Below are positions 37,961 through 51,945 of a stretch of DNA of 64,000 nt, in pieces. Position numbers and translations under genes: made by a program. Numbering within the stretch: position 1 is the first letter of the stretch; the number at the start of each line of letters is the position of its first letter. Location of the stretch: NCBI RefSeq assembly GCF_006345805.1, contig NC_043015.1:24056001-24120000 (forward strand), read 5' to 3'. Below the pieces are notes generated by a model that worked only from the letters and a program-made list of their open reading frames with translations, was not told where the DNA came from and made no database searches. The DNA is from Octopus sinensis (taxonomy: Eukaryota).

Positions 37961-38010
<50 letters not shown>

Positions 38011-38014
38011 TTAT

Positions 38015-38100
<86 letters not shown>

Positions 38101-38129
38101 CATATGTATATATATATATATATATACAT

Positions 38130-38834
38130 AGCAGTAGGTAAATTTTTGTCGTTGCTCTTCTTGCGATTATTATCAGTGGAAACACTAACATCTATCAGTC
38201 TACAGGTATTTTCTTCTCACCCTTTAATTACTATGTCTGGCTGATTAGCCTAGATCGTTCTGTCGGTGTTGATTAGAGTATCCACGTACCAAGCTAGCAG
38301 AATCACTGGAAAAATTTGCTCAACGATATTTTGTTTGTATTTAGCAGCTCCAATATTCTTAATGTGCTTTTCAAAGCTCTTGGAAACTGCCCCTTAAAGT
38401 TCCAATTACCACCGGTATCACCATTACTTTCCTCAGTGGTTGGTATTCCTAAGTGTTTTCTGTTTCCTTACACTTCACCCACGAATCGCCTGATATTGCA
38501 ATATCCATCATCTTTGCTTCTTTTTCATCTTTATGGATGATAACGACATCTGGCCGTCTCGTCTCTATGACATGGTCGCACTGCATGTTAAAATCCCAGT
38601 GCATTTTTTAATATTTGTTTTCCATTTCTCCCTCTGGCTTGTGTTCATACCACTGTTCGGCTCTCTCGAGGTTTGTTTTACCGCACAACTGCCAGTGGAT
38701 CTATCTGGCCACATTCACGTGTCTCCTTTCGTATTTGAGTTGTGTGAGCTTACATCACTCACTAACCTAGTTAATAATGTCTCCTTTCTCAGAGCAGATC
38801 CTACACTGGCAAGTCAGTGCTTTTATTATTATTA

Positions 38835-38889
<55 letters not shown>

Positions 38890-39275
38890 TCCTCTTATTT
38901 TTATAGCGTGCTTTCGTTGCACTACCGAGCGCAGCTCTATGTGCCTTGGGGATGTACTGTAGTTTGTTTGATGCTCTTATAGTCACTGTATTGAAAGTGT
39001 TTTGCGTAGGATGTGTGAGGTGCCTAGTTTTGCTATTTTCTGTATGTTATATATATTTGTAAGTCCTGGTGTTTTTGTTATATATTTGTCTGAATATTTT
39101 TATCATACCTAATGCGCCTACTATGACAGGAATTGTTTCTGTTTCTAGACCCCACATTCGAGTTACCTCTATTTCCAGGTCTTTGTAGTTTGAAAATTTC
39201 TCCAGGTCTCTTAGAGAAACGTAGTCATCTGCTTGTATTGATACATCAACTAAAAATCATTTTTCCTTCATGATC
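38130..39275 (-). mobile_element. Stack of three Dong/R4-type 3' fragments (38885-39275, 38290-38820, 38130-38290)
   Basis: 38885-39275 matches the 3' end of 1-1971. 38290-38820 reads HWQLCG..WYEHKP..WDFNMQCDHVIETRRPDVVII. 38130-38290 reads TDRTI*ANQPDIVIK..LIDVSV. (ATT)n at 38820-38885 and 39275-39360. Confidence 0.8.
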
Positions 39276-39321
39276 TCTGACTATTATTATTATTATTATT
39301 ATAATTATATTATTATTATTA

Positions 39322-39357
<36 letters not shown>

Positions 39358-39610
39358 TCAATTTGCATTTGTTTATTTTGGAAATTACGTTTCTAAAGAC
39401 GTAGTTCTTGTTTCAACTACCACTGATCTTGGATTCCTTTCTATCAATGATTCCACAACAGTCAGCAAAATAAAAAAAACATATTAAAAAGAAAAAGAAA
39501 AAAACTTCAGAGGAACTGAAGTATTGAACATACAAAGAAATGCATTTTGATAAAAGTACGGAAATGAAATCTCCCTCTCTCTCCAAATATAAATACATGA
39601 ATTTGCGTGC

Positions 39611-39698
<88 letters not shown>

Positions 39699-40242
39699 AG
39701 GGAGAGGGAGAAAGGGAGAGAGTAGGCGACTATAATACTATAATTGAAAATGTTTATGATGGCGTTAATGGGATATATTGATGAAGCTGGTGACGATGAA
39801 AAGGATGATGGTTACTACGGTGACTAGGACGATTATGATGACATAGATATTGATAATGAAGAGCGATGATTATCATGCTGGTGGTGATATAGATGATGAT
39901 GATGTTGATGATAAGGAGGAGGAGAAGAAGGAAGAGAATGTTAGTGGTAGTGGTGTTGAAAGCAAAAACGAAACAAAAAAGAAATAAAATATCAAGAACT
40001 GTACTTATTAATATTAATGAAAATTATAGTAGTAGTAGCAGGAGCAGCAGTAGTAGTAGCAGGAGTAGGTAGTTAACGATATGAAAAATTTCAATTATGT
40101 ATGGAAATCGAAACTAGAATTGATTAAATCTTATTTTACTATTCTTATTTCATGTTATATTATCTATTATCTCTTCCTGTTCCTCTTCCCTCCAACTTTC
40201 TATCTTTCACTGTTTCTCCTCTTCTCCATAAACATATAATAT

Positions 40243-40290
<48 letters not shown>

Positions 40291-40361
40291 CATATACATA
40301 TATATGATACATATATACGCTGGCATACATGGATACATATGCATTTATAAATACATACATA

Positions 40362-40403
<42 letters not shown>

Positions 40404-43054
40404 CATATGTATATTATATCGGTATATACATGCATATATATATATATACATGCATACATACAGATGTACATGCATATATTAACAATACATATATATATAC
40501 GTTTCATATATATAGACACATATATACATATATATACACACGTGCATATACATTCATATCATTTGAATTTCTACCCTTCTTATTCGTTATCACTCTTACT
40601 GTATCTGTCTCTGTAATACTCCTCCTCTAACTCTCTTTTTATCTGTCTTTCATGTTTCAATCTTAATTCTCTCACCAACAGGATAAAATTGGAAAAAGAA
40701 GTAAAGCAGATAAAATATTCATTCTGTTCTGTTGTTCCTAATTTTTCATCATTGGTTATCTTCCCTTCCACATCTCATCAATCTCCCATTCGCATCTCCC
40801 TCTACGCTCTCCAGCGTTATCTTTCTTTCCCCCGTATATTTCTATCTCAATACGGAATAACAAAATGGAGGGAGAGAAAAAAGGGCCACGGCTCGTAATT
40901 ATGCGATATGTTCAATTCATCTTTTTCATCAGATCTATACTAATATGTTTTTAATTTCCAAAAGTGAAAGGGAAAACAGAAATTATAGAACGTTAAACCA
41001 ACCTTTAATCAATCAATTTTCACTGCACTATATTAATTAAGATGTAATCTACGATGGCTGCACCCTGCCCCCCACTCACTATTAGGTCACCTCCACAACT
41101 CTGCCACACCACACAGCTCAGCATATACTACGCTGCTACACAGCCATATCACTAAACTGCCTCACCAACACATCATAACTGCACTATTCAGCGCTACATT
41201 ATCCTATACTATCGCATTGCTAGAATCCAACACCATTATAGTTTCACATGCATCTGTATCTCTCAACCACCACCACTATCTCCACCGCCACCACACAGCC
41301 TCTCATTAATTCATACCACACTTCAATATCAACACACCACCACATCCCACACATTACCACTCTACACCATACCCATACCACTAAAATCACCATCTCACCA
41401 CGCCACTCTCGAAGTACCAGATAATTAAACCCCCATCACAGTCATGACATGCTGCAATAGCACTTCACTACCACGCCACACCAGTTACTAAGCAGATTTC
41501 CTTATGCCACCAAGTCACACAGCTTCTCCACCTCAAACATTCTTCGGCACTCACTCACCCCCAGATTTATCTAACCACATCACGATACACCTATTAGACA
41601 ATACTACATGACAAATCCCCACCCCACCATCGGGACCTAGGATGCCATGAGGCCATCACGCAATAACGTCACCATAGACGATCGCTCCTTATTACCAAGC
41701 CCCAATAATTATAATTATAAATATAATTATAATATATTATATTGTACCACCATGCTTGTTGAACCTAATCGCCACCATTGCACCTCATAGCCACACCCTC
41801 TTAACACCACAAAGCTTCACAAATTGTCAGACACCTCTATACCATCACCACGATACAACATTAGTATACCATTCACTATCACACTACACTGTCACACACA
41901 ATAAAAGGACGCCGCATAAGGACTAAGTCGTTTACCTCCTTTCTTAGCTGGTAACTTTTCTTCACACCCACGGTGCAACCTTTATTCGGTGGAGCAGCCT
42001 TCTAACTGTAGCAAAGAAACTTTCTTGACACCGTCACCATTTAAAAGAACGAGTGAGGGAGATACTCGATACTGCAGTCTTTGATATGGCTATGTATGGA
42101 ACGCTTTTTCGCTTGGCTCCTTGACGTAAGCAACTGCAAACTATCACGTTACATTAATGTAGTAAAATGGAGATTTCTACTTTAAATACAGAACTTCAAA
42201 TTTAAGGGATGAGTATAGCTGATTGCCTCAGGCACTAAAACTGCGCTTATTTTATCATACTTATAGCGATATATAATTGACAAGTAAAGAAATATATATA
42301 ATTGAGAAACTACTAATATTCAGCTCTATTTTTACTGTATTTCGTATGAAATTAAATATTCTCACCCCACACCATCTTTCGCTTCCTTTCACTCTGTACA
42401 TAAAGTACAAAAAACAAAAGTGAGCGAAACTCTCCAATGACGAAAACAAGCTCCTGGATAATATATAAAACAAAAGTTTTATGAATTTTTAAATGTGTCT
42501 CCAGCCTTGATATATTTAGGCATCTACTCCGGAATAGTAATGGAAGAACCCTGCTGAATGATGCTACATACTTGTAAAATGCAAATTTGCTCCTGCAAAA
42601 GTCAAGCAGATAAACCTATTTCGCTTGTTGTTTGTTACTTCTAGACTGCACTGAACCATATCTTGACTCATCGGATTCATCATCCAGGTATAAATATGCG
42701 ATGCAGCAATTGTTTGTTAAATGCATTCATATTAGCACTTTATTTATAACCTCTCGCTTCTACGTTGAAGTATAAATGTTTCATAGCGTACGGTGATACC
42801 GCAAAAAATGACAACCTGACGAGAAAGCCTCTAAATAGTAGACTAAACTGCAACAGACACGACCAAAATCTCCTTCAAATTACATATACTGACTTAAAAG
42901 ACCACAAAAACGTTCTCTTAGCTTCCCTGTATAACGGGAAAAGAGAGGATGTTCACTGCTGGAACAGATTTAATCATAAGTCTGTTTAATCATTACTAAG
43001 CGGGAGCTAAAGGAAATCGATATCAGCAGTGTGTTGAATCTCCGTCCCTAATTA

Positions 43055-44815
43055 TTATTTAGTTAGTTAGTTAGTTAATTTTTTGGCTCAAAAAGCAAAA
43101 AGCAAGGCCATGTAGGTGGACATGGAGTTATGTACAGGGTGGTGTTCATGTAAAGAGTACAGGCCACTTGAGGTCAAGGGAGACTTTGAACCGAGCGGTC
43201 GTCGGCATCTTCACCATCTCGTCTGGCAGCTTATTCCACGGATCCGCAACCCGGAGGGAGAAAGCCCCTCTCCTTCGATTGAGATGAAATCGTCGCAGAT
43301 AGAGCTTTTCGGAATGACCCCGCGGCCGACGCTCTGGAGCAGGAGGGAAGAACAGCTCTTTCGAGAGGTTACACTTTCCGCTTATGATGTTGTGAGCAAG
43401 AATGAGATCTCCACGGCGTCGTCGTTTTTCTAGAGAATAAAAGTCGAGCGTCTTCAGCCTTTCTTCGTAAGACAAATTCTTGAGACCAAGAATCATGCGG
43501 GTAGCCAGCTTCTGGACTCTTTCGAGATGATGTATGTCTTTGAGGAGATAAGGAGAAGAGGCTTGAATCCCGTACTCCAATATGTGTCTCACCAGCGTGA
43601 CATAGAGCGGTAGGAATATGGCTGCTGTGAGCATTCCGAATGACTTGTTGGCAGCATGGACGCGTGCTTTGTTGGCAGCATGGACGCACTGGGCCGAAGG
43701 CGAAAAGGAGGAATCCACCAAGATACCCAGATCCTTTACCTGATCGGTCCTCTCCAGCAGCAGACGACCCGGCTCGAAATCAAGTTGAGTTGCAGGAGGA
43801 GAGCCAACAGGCAGATGACAGCATTTTGACACGTTCAGACACAGGTCCCATTCGTTAGACCATCTCCAAATTTGGTGGAGGCATCGACGAAGATCCTCTA
43901 TATCACCGCGAGGAGTGACCAGTTTGACATCGTCGACAAATAGAAGGGTGTGTTGCGTGAGGTCGTCGGGCAAGTCATTTATGAAGACTAAGAACAATAA
44001 GGGCCCAAGCACTGAACTTTGAGGCACACCACTGCTCGCACTGGAGACGTCGGACCGCGAACCATTAACTTGGACTTGGAAGGAGCGATCTGAGAGGAAG
44101 GCACCAACCCATCGTACAATATCCGGATGGAAACTATATGCTTGAAGCTTGACAAGTAATAGGCGGTGGTTTACCGTGTCAAAAGCTTTGGCAAAGTCCA
44201 ATAAAACGATGTCAACAGCATCACTATCATCGAGGATGCGCGTCACCAATTCTTCCATTACCAGTAAGTTGGCCAAGCATGATCTCTTCGGCACGAAGCC
44301 GTGTTGGGAATCAGAGATAGAGGCTGTGTTTTGGAGGTGGCGCATCATACTTTTCTTAAGGATGGTTTCGAACATCTTGCTGATTATTGATGTAAGGGAA
44401 ACCGGTCGGTAGTTAAGCGGGTCTTCGCGGCTCCCTTTCTTGAAAATTGGGCGGATTATCGCTGTTCTCCAGTCCGCAAGTATAACACCCGTCGCCAATG
44501 ACATATTGAATAGACGTGTTAAGGGCTCGCAGATGACCGGAGCCAACGCTTTGATAACCCGTGGATGTATGCCGTCAGGGCCGTAACCCTTGTTGACATC
44601 GAGGCCTTGAATAATACGTTCGACTTCGTCCCGCGTGATGACCAATCAAAGCATTGGAGGTACCGATCTATCAAATGGAGGGGGTTCACGACCATCATCT
44701 TGTTTGAAAATAGTTGAAAAAGCCTCGGCAAATAATTGACTCTGTTGATAAGGGTCCTCAATCGATACGCCTGTTGAGTCTACCAACGTTGCAATTTCAT
44801 TTAAATGAAACCATT
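43055..44815 (-). mobile_element. 5'-truncated CR1-clade LINE with near-intact RT (ORF 43146-44645)
   Basis: GPDGIHP, YRPVSLTS, QHGF, LDFAKAFDTV, GVPQSSVLGPLLF, LFVDDVKL. (AACT)n tail; candidate TSD CTAATTA at 43048-43054 and 44816-44822. Confidence 0.92.
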
Positions 44816-45074
44816 CTAATTAAAGACCGAGATGTAACCTCCTAACTTCATTGGATCTTACCAGCTGTCACGTGAAAGCTGACGTCATGACGCACAGCAC
44901 ACATTAGTCCAGGCATGGTGAGATTTGTTTCTTCGAAAGAGATTGAAGGGAACAAAGTTTGTTAAAAATGAAAACTGGCTCCCACACGATTGGTTCTTTA
45001 TTCATTGACCTTCAAATAAGGAGATACAAACTTGACTTTAGTGGTATTTGAAATCTGATTGTAAAAACGAATGC

Positions 45075-45230
45075 TATAGGGTGGTGCACTTATGCTCGCT
45101 ATATCATAGTTTCAATTCACAGACCAGGTGATGCGTTGTGTTTTTAAGCAAAACACTTCATCTCATATTGCTCTGCGATCACTTCCACATTTGACCTCTG
45201 GTATACTGTGCACCTGTCCAGGTAATGTCA
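45075..45230 (+). mobile_element. Decayed CORE-type SINE
   Basis: Similar to 14365-14548. Confidence 0.5.
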
Positions 45231-45245
45231 ATTTATATATATATA

Positions 45246-45462
45246 TATTTCTTTATTGCCCACAAGGGGCTAAACACAGAGGGGATAAACAAGGACAGAC
45301 AAACGGATTAAGTCGATTACATCGACCCCAGTGCGAAAGTGGTACTTTATTCATCGACCCCGAAAGGATGAAACGCAAAGTCGACCTCGGCGGAATTCAA
45401 ACTCAGAACGTAACGGCTACGCATTTCGCCCGGTGTGCTAACGATTCTGCCAGCTCGCCGCT
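45246..45462 (-). mobile_element. tRNA-derived SINE (monomer of the 33805/62037 family)
   Basis: ATCGACCCCGAAAGGATGAAACGCAAAGTCGACCTCGGCGGAATTCAAACTCAGAACG. Confidence 0.85.
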
Positions 45463-45490
45463 GAAAAAAGACGTGTCCCAGGTGAGGACA

Positions 45491-45531
<41 letters not shown>

Positions 45532-45689
45532 CACACGAACACATTTGTATGAATCTGAAAATGATCACAATAGAAGCTGTACACTATGTGGAATCTGAGA
45601 GGGCTTATTAGGCCTCATTTGGTACAAAATCCATACTACAGAGGGTAGGTAATAGCAACATCATGGGAGACTCGCCTTCCGAGCTTCCC

Positions 45690-46010
45690 ACTTAAGCTTC
45701 TCTCAGCATGACCGATTCTGAGTGCTCTGTATAGCAGAGTACAAAGCAGTAAACCACCTTATGCGATCCTGGGGAAGAAGCTCCCAAATAGACTGCTCCA
45801 AGTTAAGTTGTCTTGAGAATGCCATTGTAACACTTTCTTGGTCCACCACGTGACTGAAAGGCAAGTGCAAGTTTACCACCATATCGCTTGTACCTGAAGG
45901 GATTAATGAAAATGTTACAGACACATGCTCTCTCGCAATGGCCAGCAGAATATACTATGCATCTGGATATTAACCTTAAACACAGTAACCCAGCTTTTCC
46001 AAACACTCCA
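45690..46010 (-). mobile_element. RTE-clade LINE 3' relic
   Basis: Minus frames GHC..RYG..L..QSRGGPRKCY..ILKT and IWELLPQDRIRWFTAL. Confidence 0.65.
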
Positions 46011-47851
46011 AAACTCCCACAGCTTTAAAACTGAAATTCTCCTATAATTTATGACTTTCTCCTATTCTCACTTTTAAGTGTCAGACCAGTTATCCCGATC
46101 TCCAACGTAGCAATTTCAATATGTAAGAGGGCGTATTAATCACTAATTTTGTTACTCCACATGAGAGATTTCACTGATACCCAAGGACAGAGGCCGAGCC
46201 AATCAAATCTCCTCCCATCAACCAAGGTTAATTCCATGAGGATTCACCAGTCAGAGCGAAATGCAGAAAAAAGAAATGGCTGTAATATACAATTCTGAAA
46301 CAATTATCTATCATATTATCGTTTTATAGATTAATTTTTAATCTACAATATGCTTATTATGAATTTAAGTGACATACTGATTCCGTGTTGAGCTTTTTAT
46401 CAGTATGATCCAATTAATTCTTGTGATAGAATTAATTCTAACGATTGGAACAGAAAATTTGCAAAGAAATATATTGATACGAAAGTCAAATATAATTTCT
46501 CTAGATAGTGATGACGGAAACACGAACCACTGTATAATGTTTTTGAAAGATTAATGTTTGATATTAAACTTTATGCCTTATCGCGGGACTGTTAAATTCA
46601 GGGGTTTTATTTAATTTAGATTTTTTTGTTTATAAAATTCAGTTTTCACCCTTAAAGCTAAACACCTTAATTTTTGAAGGATTGTAATATTCTGTTGGTT
46701 GTTTATCGCGCCATAATCGCTTATTAAGCTGATCTAACCACCCAAAGCAGGAAATTAACACTTTGTAAACACATTTAATTCTCGTTTGGAATTTGCACAG
46801 ATGGAATGTAATCTAGTTACCTAGCATTTGTGCATAACTACGCATTTGTATCTCCGAGTGGTAAGGTGACTTCAAAGTATTTATATTAATTCGATGAATA
46901 TATTACTTGCTTGAAACGGTTGACACCTATCGCATTACAAAGACTCCTCCGTATATACTTGTAGGAAGAAGAGATAATAAAGATAATAAAAACCTGCTTT
47001 CCCTGAATGCTGTCAAACTACAATTATACTAACACCTGCAGAGAATTAGCGAATATAACTCCCAGCTATAAGATCTTAATACGTTCACACAGCTAATCTC
47101 TGATGAGGCAGCATGGCTAATTAAAAGGAATTTCTTTGTAGCTGATAACTAGGCCAATAAATGTCATGGAAGAGAAGAATGAAATTCGATTAATTTTTAT
47201 TGCTCCCCTCACCCGGCTCTATTGCTGGTACTGATTTAAAAGAACTCGCAACAACAATTGCAACGCTAAGCAATAACAATATAAAATGCGAAGTTCCGAT
47301 ATTTTTAATTCCTAGAAACACCTTTATTTTGCTGCTGCTACTGATGACGATGTTGATGATGAGGAGAAGGAGAAAGACGACCATGACGTCGACGATTATG
47401 ATGATTACGATGTTGATGATCTTGGGAAAATAAATTCCAAGGAAATCAAAACAAACAAAAAAAGAAAATAGCAGAAGACCGATATACTTCTAGGTGCTCT
47501 AGATTATAGTTGACGATATTGGTCTGTCTATATCAATGAGTTACCACGTTATTCTGCATGCAATGATGTTAGCGCGTTTCCGTTTTACGCATTAGACAAC
47601 TTTAACCACTGCAGAAAATCGAAACTTTTAACAATACAAAGCAATGCTAAGAAACTGCGTGGATTTTGGAGGAGGATTGCGCATGAGAGAAACAAATAGG
47701 AAACTGTAGAGGCTGCCCAAAGCTTATTGTATATACCAATTGATTATATATATATAATGTCTAAATACCTTTAATGCTTTAGACATTTCCCTACCAAAAG
47801 CACTTATTAGAAATTCAGTATATTGTATTCTCATTGAATATATTTTATTAA

Positions 47852-47893
<42 letters not shown>

Positions 47894-47974
47894 CAAAGTT
47901 CTCCTCTAATTCAAATTACAGAGGGACATTTTGTGTTCATGAAATTTGTAACGAGTAATATTTTGTTCTTTGTT

Positions 47975-48170
47975 ATTGGCGCAGCCAGCCCATGTGTTTA
48001 GAAATCTGAATTACATCGTTTCAGGTTCAGGCCCAGTGCGCTGCACCTTGGGTAGGTGTCTTCTGCTCAAGTCTCAGACCAACCGATGGATTGTTAATGA
48101 ATTTCTAGGACGAAAATTCTGTGGAAAACCACCGTTTGTGTTTGTGAGCCTCTGTGTGTGTCATACCCTA
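47975..48170 (+). mobile_element. Decayed tRNA/CORE SINE head
   Basis: GGTTCAGGCCCAGTGCGCTGCACCTTGGGTAGGTGTCTTCT. Confidence 0.6.
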
Positions 48171-49340
48171 CACTGATTAGTAGTATGCGTTTTTTTACAT
48201 CTCTTTTATCAAGCAGTTTGGCAAAAGATCCCGATTTAATAAGTATGAGACTTTAAAAAACATCAATATTGATTGGGATCGATTTGTCAACGGTGATGCC
48301 CCAACAGGGGCGCAAATTAGCAAGGGAAACAAATAAAAGCTATCCATGCAGTCGTGTTCACTGCATCACCTTTCATTTACAATTCAAACTTAGAAATATA
48401 CAAGAAAACTTTTTTCTTTCTTATCCTTACGTCATTTCAAATTTTAATTAATTTAAAAAAAACAAAAAACATATTTGTTATTGTAGTCTTCCTTTCCCTC
48501 ACCGATGTCTGTTTCTAAAAACGAATTAGATTTATCCATTTAATTTTAGGACATCAAGTCCAAAAACTGAAAAAAACACATCAATTTTTTTTTTTAAATA
48601 CAAGTTTTCTAGGAACTTCTCATTCATTATTTTAAAAGCTTTTATCTCACAAAGAAAGTTGTAATATAGAGACTGCCTTGCTGCACAGCAAGAATATGAA
48701 GAATTTCTCTTGAGTAGAATTATTCTTAATATTTATTAGAAAATGTTTATAACATATGTTTGCAACATAATGCTTGTAACATATGCTTGAAACATATTTA
48801 GCCCTCCGGCAAAACGATAATGTTTTAGGCTATACATAGAAATCATTTTGACAAGCCATAGACGCGGCCTCCATTATACAGATTTTAAGATATTAAATAT
48901 GATTTTACATGCAGAGATATTCCATAATCCTTCTGTATGGCATTCCGAAAACTTTTGTTTATTCAAAATTTGCTACATCTGTCAGGAAAGTTTTTGTTTG
49001 AAGCCATAAACTTATAAATGACAAGTTTGTGCGAGGAATTCCTTTCCACATGAATAGAGGGTAATTCATCTTCTATACTCTATAAAGGAATTGTAGTCTT
49101 TTTACTTCCCATGTGACAGTTGTGGTGCAACCTTATCTAACCTTATATCACTACAAAATTCAGTTTAAATATATTTGAACCAGCCACGTTTATAAACATT
49201 ACGTATAATTTCATGCATCAGAATTTCATAACTGTGGTTGTTGATTAATTGAAGGTTGATTGATTAATTGAAATTATTCCTTCCGTGATCACCCTGTATA
49301 GTAAGAGGTATTTCTAGTACAACGTTATTCTACATCATTG

Positions 49341-49380
<40 letters not shown>

Positions 49381-50680
49381 AATGAAAGTTTTGCTTTAGC
49401 TACAATTATAAAACAATGAAAGTTTGGCTATAGCTGCAATTTCTAGCAGATTAGACGACCATCTATAGCTGGCATTGATGGCGATATGTAATACGGAAAC
49501 CTCAACTAAATTAACTAAACTAGCAACTTTGATATTGCGCCGAAAACAGATTTATCTTTCAACAGATTAATGAAAGAAAAAAATTGTTCAAAAGATAAAA
49601 TTTATCATTTGAGTTTTCTTCAAAAGAAAATTAATTTTAATCAAACCGTTTATTGTTTGTCCCACCGTTCAATAACTGCAATACAAGAAAATAGATTAAC
49701 ATGTTCCGAGTTGTTTGTGGTGATGGTGATTGGTAATATCAGGAGAGAGCGAATCAGAAACAAGAAGAAATAAAAAGAGACGATAGATCTGATCAGAACA
49801 AAACAAAACCAGGGCTATTTTGATGTACTCTACTCAATGAATGGCGTCCATCAAAATAAACACTATGTCGTTGAATAGTGGAGGTTTTTTCTTGTTGTAT
49901 TTTTGCTTTTTTTTTTTACTTTAGTTCGAGACTTTTTCATTTCGCCATTTTTCTTTATTGGCAGGAAGTTGTATACTAAACAGCAGACAGCTCGTTTGGC
50001 TCACTGCCAATAAAAACATAGGAAAATCTCGGAAAAGTATTCTGAAAGAATTTTTTCTATCGAATTAATGAATATTTGGGTTTTATCTGCAGGAATATGT
50101 CTTACTTACAATAATATATCTTTCCTATAAATATCTCTGAAGGAACACGAAACTAAGTAAATATTATTGTTATTATTTTAAGTTTGGAAAATAAAAAATA
50201 ACAGAGCCAGTAATGCATTCAATTGATTTTTGATTGATAGACGCATGCAGTATAATTCAGAAGTTTTCTTTTCAAGAGAGGAATTGGAAAGAAACAAAAA
50301 CACAAATATGGAAACAAGCGAAAATCGGAGAGTGGCCGGTCATTGGAAATTACGGATTGTTTTATGCAGAATATTCATCTGGTGTGGTTATGAATATGTC
50401 CAGGTAGACAATGACTTCCATAGGAAATTTTCAGCCCTTTCTGAAAATCACCAACAACAGCATCATTATCATTGTCGTCATAGTGTTGTTTGAAAAACAA
50501 TGAGTAAAGCCCCATCCAAACAAAAAATACTGTTTCAATTTTGCTTACCACTTGTTTACTCGGCATTAGGGAAGAGTGAAAAACTTTCCAACGCAATGAT
50601 GATGATGCTGATAATTTATTTCTTTATTGCCCACAGGGGTCTAAACAGAGAGGAAACAAACAAGGACAGACAAAAGGTTT

Positions 50681-51945
50681 AAAACTGATACAAATAGTCA
50701 CAAAATACAAAACAAAAAACTGTTTTCTCCTTTAAGGAAACTGACAAACACTAAAAAATAGGTCAAAGTATCAAACAACTATGAAGAAAAAGAAGAAACA
50801 GCAAAAGCTGTAAAACAACTGAAATCCAAACTAAAACTGGAACAGCAACATATGATAAAACGATAGCAAGAAAAGCCCGTAAATGGCAAATATTGGCTTA
50901 AGCTAAACAGAGATGAAATAGACAAAGCAAAATCCCAACAATGGCTGAGAAGCTCAGGACTCAAAGTAAAGACTGAAGGATTTTTTATTACAGCACAAGA
51001 TCAACGCCTTCCCACCAGAAATTACCAAAAATATAATGAAAATAAATATAAATAACTACAGAAGTTTTGGTAATGGAGAAGAAGCAATAAATTATATTGT
51101 CTCTGGTTGCCCAGTCATGGCTAAGGAATATATTCACTAACACGACAGAGTTAGGACCCATATATACTGGAAGCTATGCTAACACTGTGGAATAACAACA
51201 GAAAAGTGATGGTAGAGGTACACTCTAGAAAAGGTCACAGAAACGGAGAAATCAACTATACTCAGGGATGTGCCAATACACACAGATAAAGAAATCAAGG
51301 ACAATAGGCCGACTATAATTGTCAGAGATCACCAAGAACAATTATTTTCTAATCGATGTATCAACACCAACAGATGACAAGGTTTCTCTGAAAGAAACAG
51401 AGAAACTTTCAAAATACAAATATCTGGAAATCGAGGTAGTTCGAATGTGAAGCCTAAAAACAGAAACAAATCCTATCACAGTATGCGCATTTGGTATGAT
51501 TAAAAGACATTCAGACAAACTATACCTGGAACCTCAATACTACACAAGAAGCAGTCCTAGTGGGAAGATCGCATATCCTACGCGAGACACTATCAGTTCA
51601 ATCATACAAACTAAACGTGACAATCCACAGACACAAGACACACTCTATGTATCAAATATCCAATGAAATAAACTAATATGAGCAAGCCGGATACCCACTG
51701 CATTACACACACACTTACCCGATACAAGCAAACATTAATGCCACACAAGTTTGTACTACCACCTTAAACAAACAAACAAACAAATAACAATACAATACCG
51801 AAAGAATTTGCACTCTCCCAACAACAACAACAAAAAAGAACACAATGCGGCATACACCCCAGTAGCACGGAGGTGTAGTATGTAACGCAGTAGAAACTAC
51901 CAAATGTCTGAAACTACCAAATGTTGAACAATGATAATAATAAAA
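50681..51945 (+). mobile_element. Older Dong/R4 3' fragment with multiple stops and a different 3' UTR
   Basis: Colinear with 781-1870 (WLRSSGLKVKTEGF.ITAQDQ, NYIVSGCPVMA, RPTIIVRDH). Confidence 0.85.

Noticed and set aside
42645-42687. 43-nt candidate micro-exon with AG/GT borders
   Set aside because: Such borders are common by chance, and no neighbouring exons were identified.
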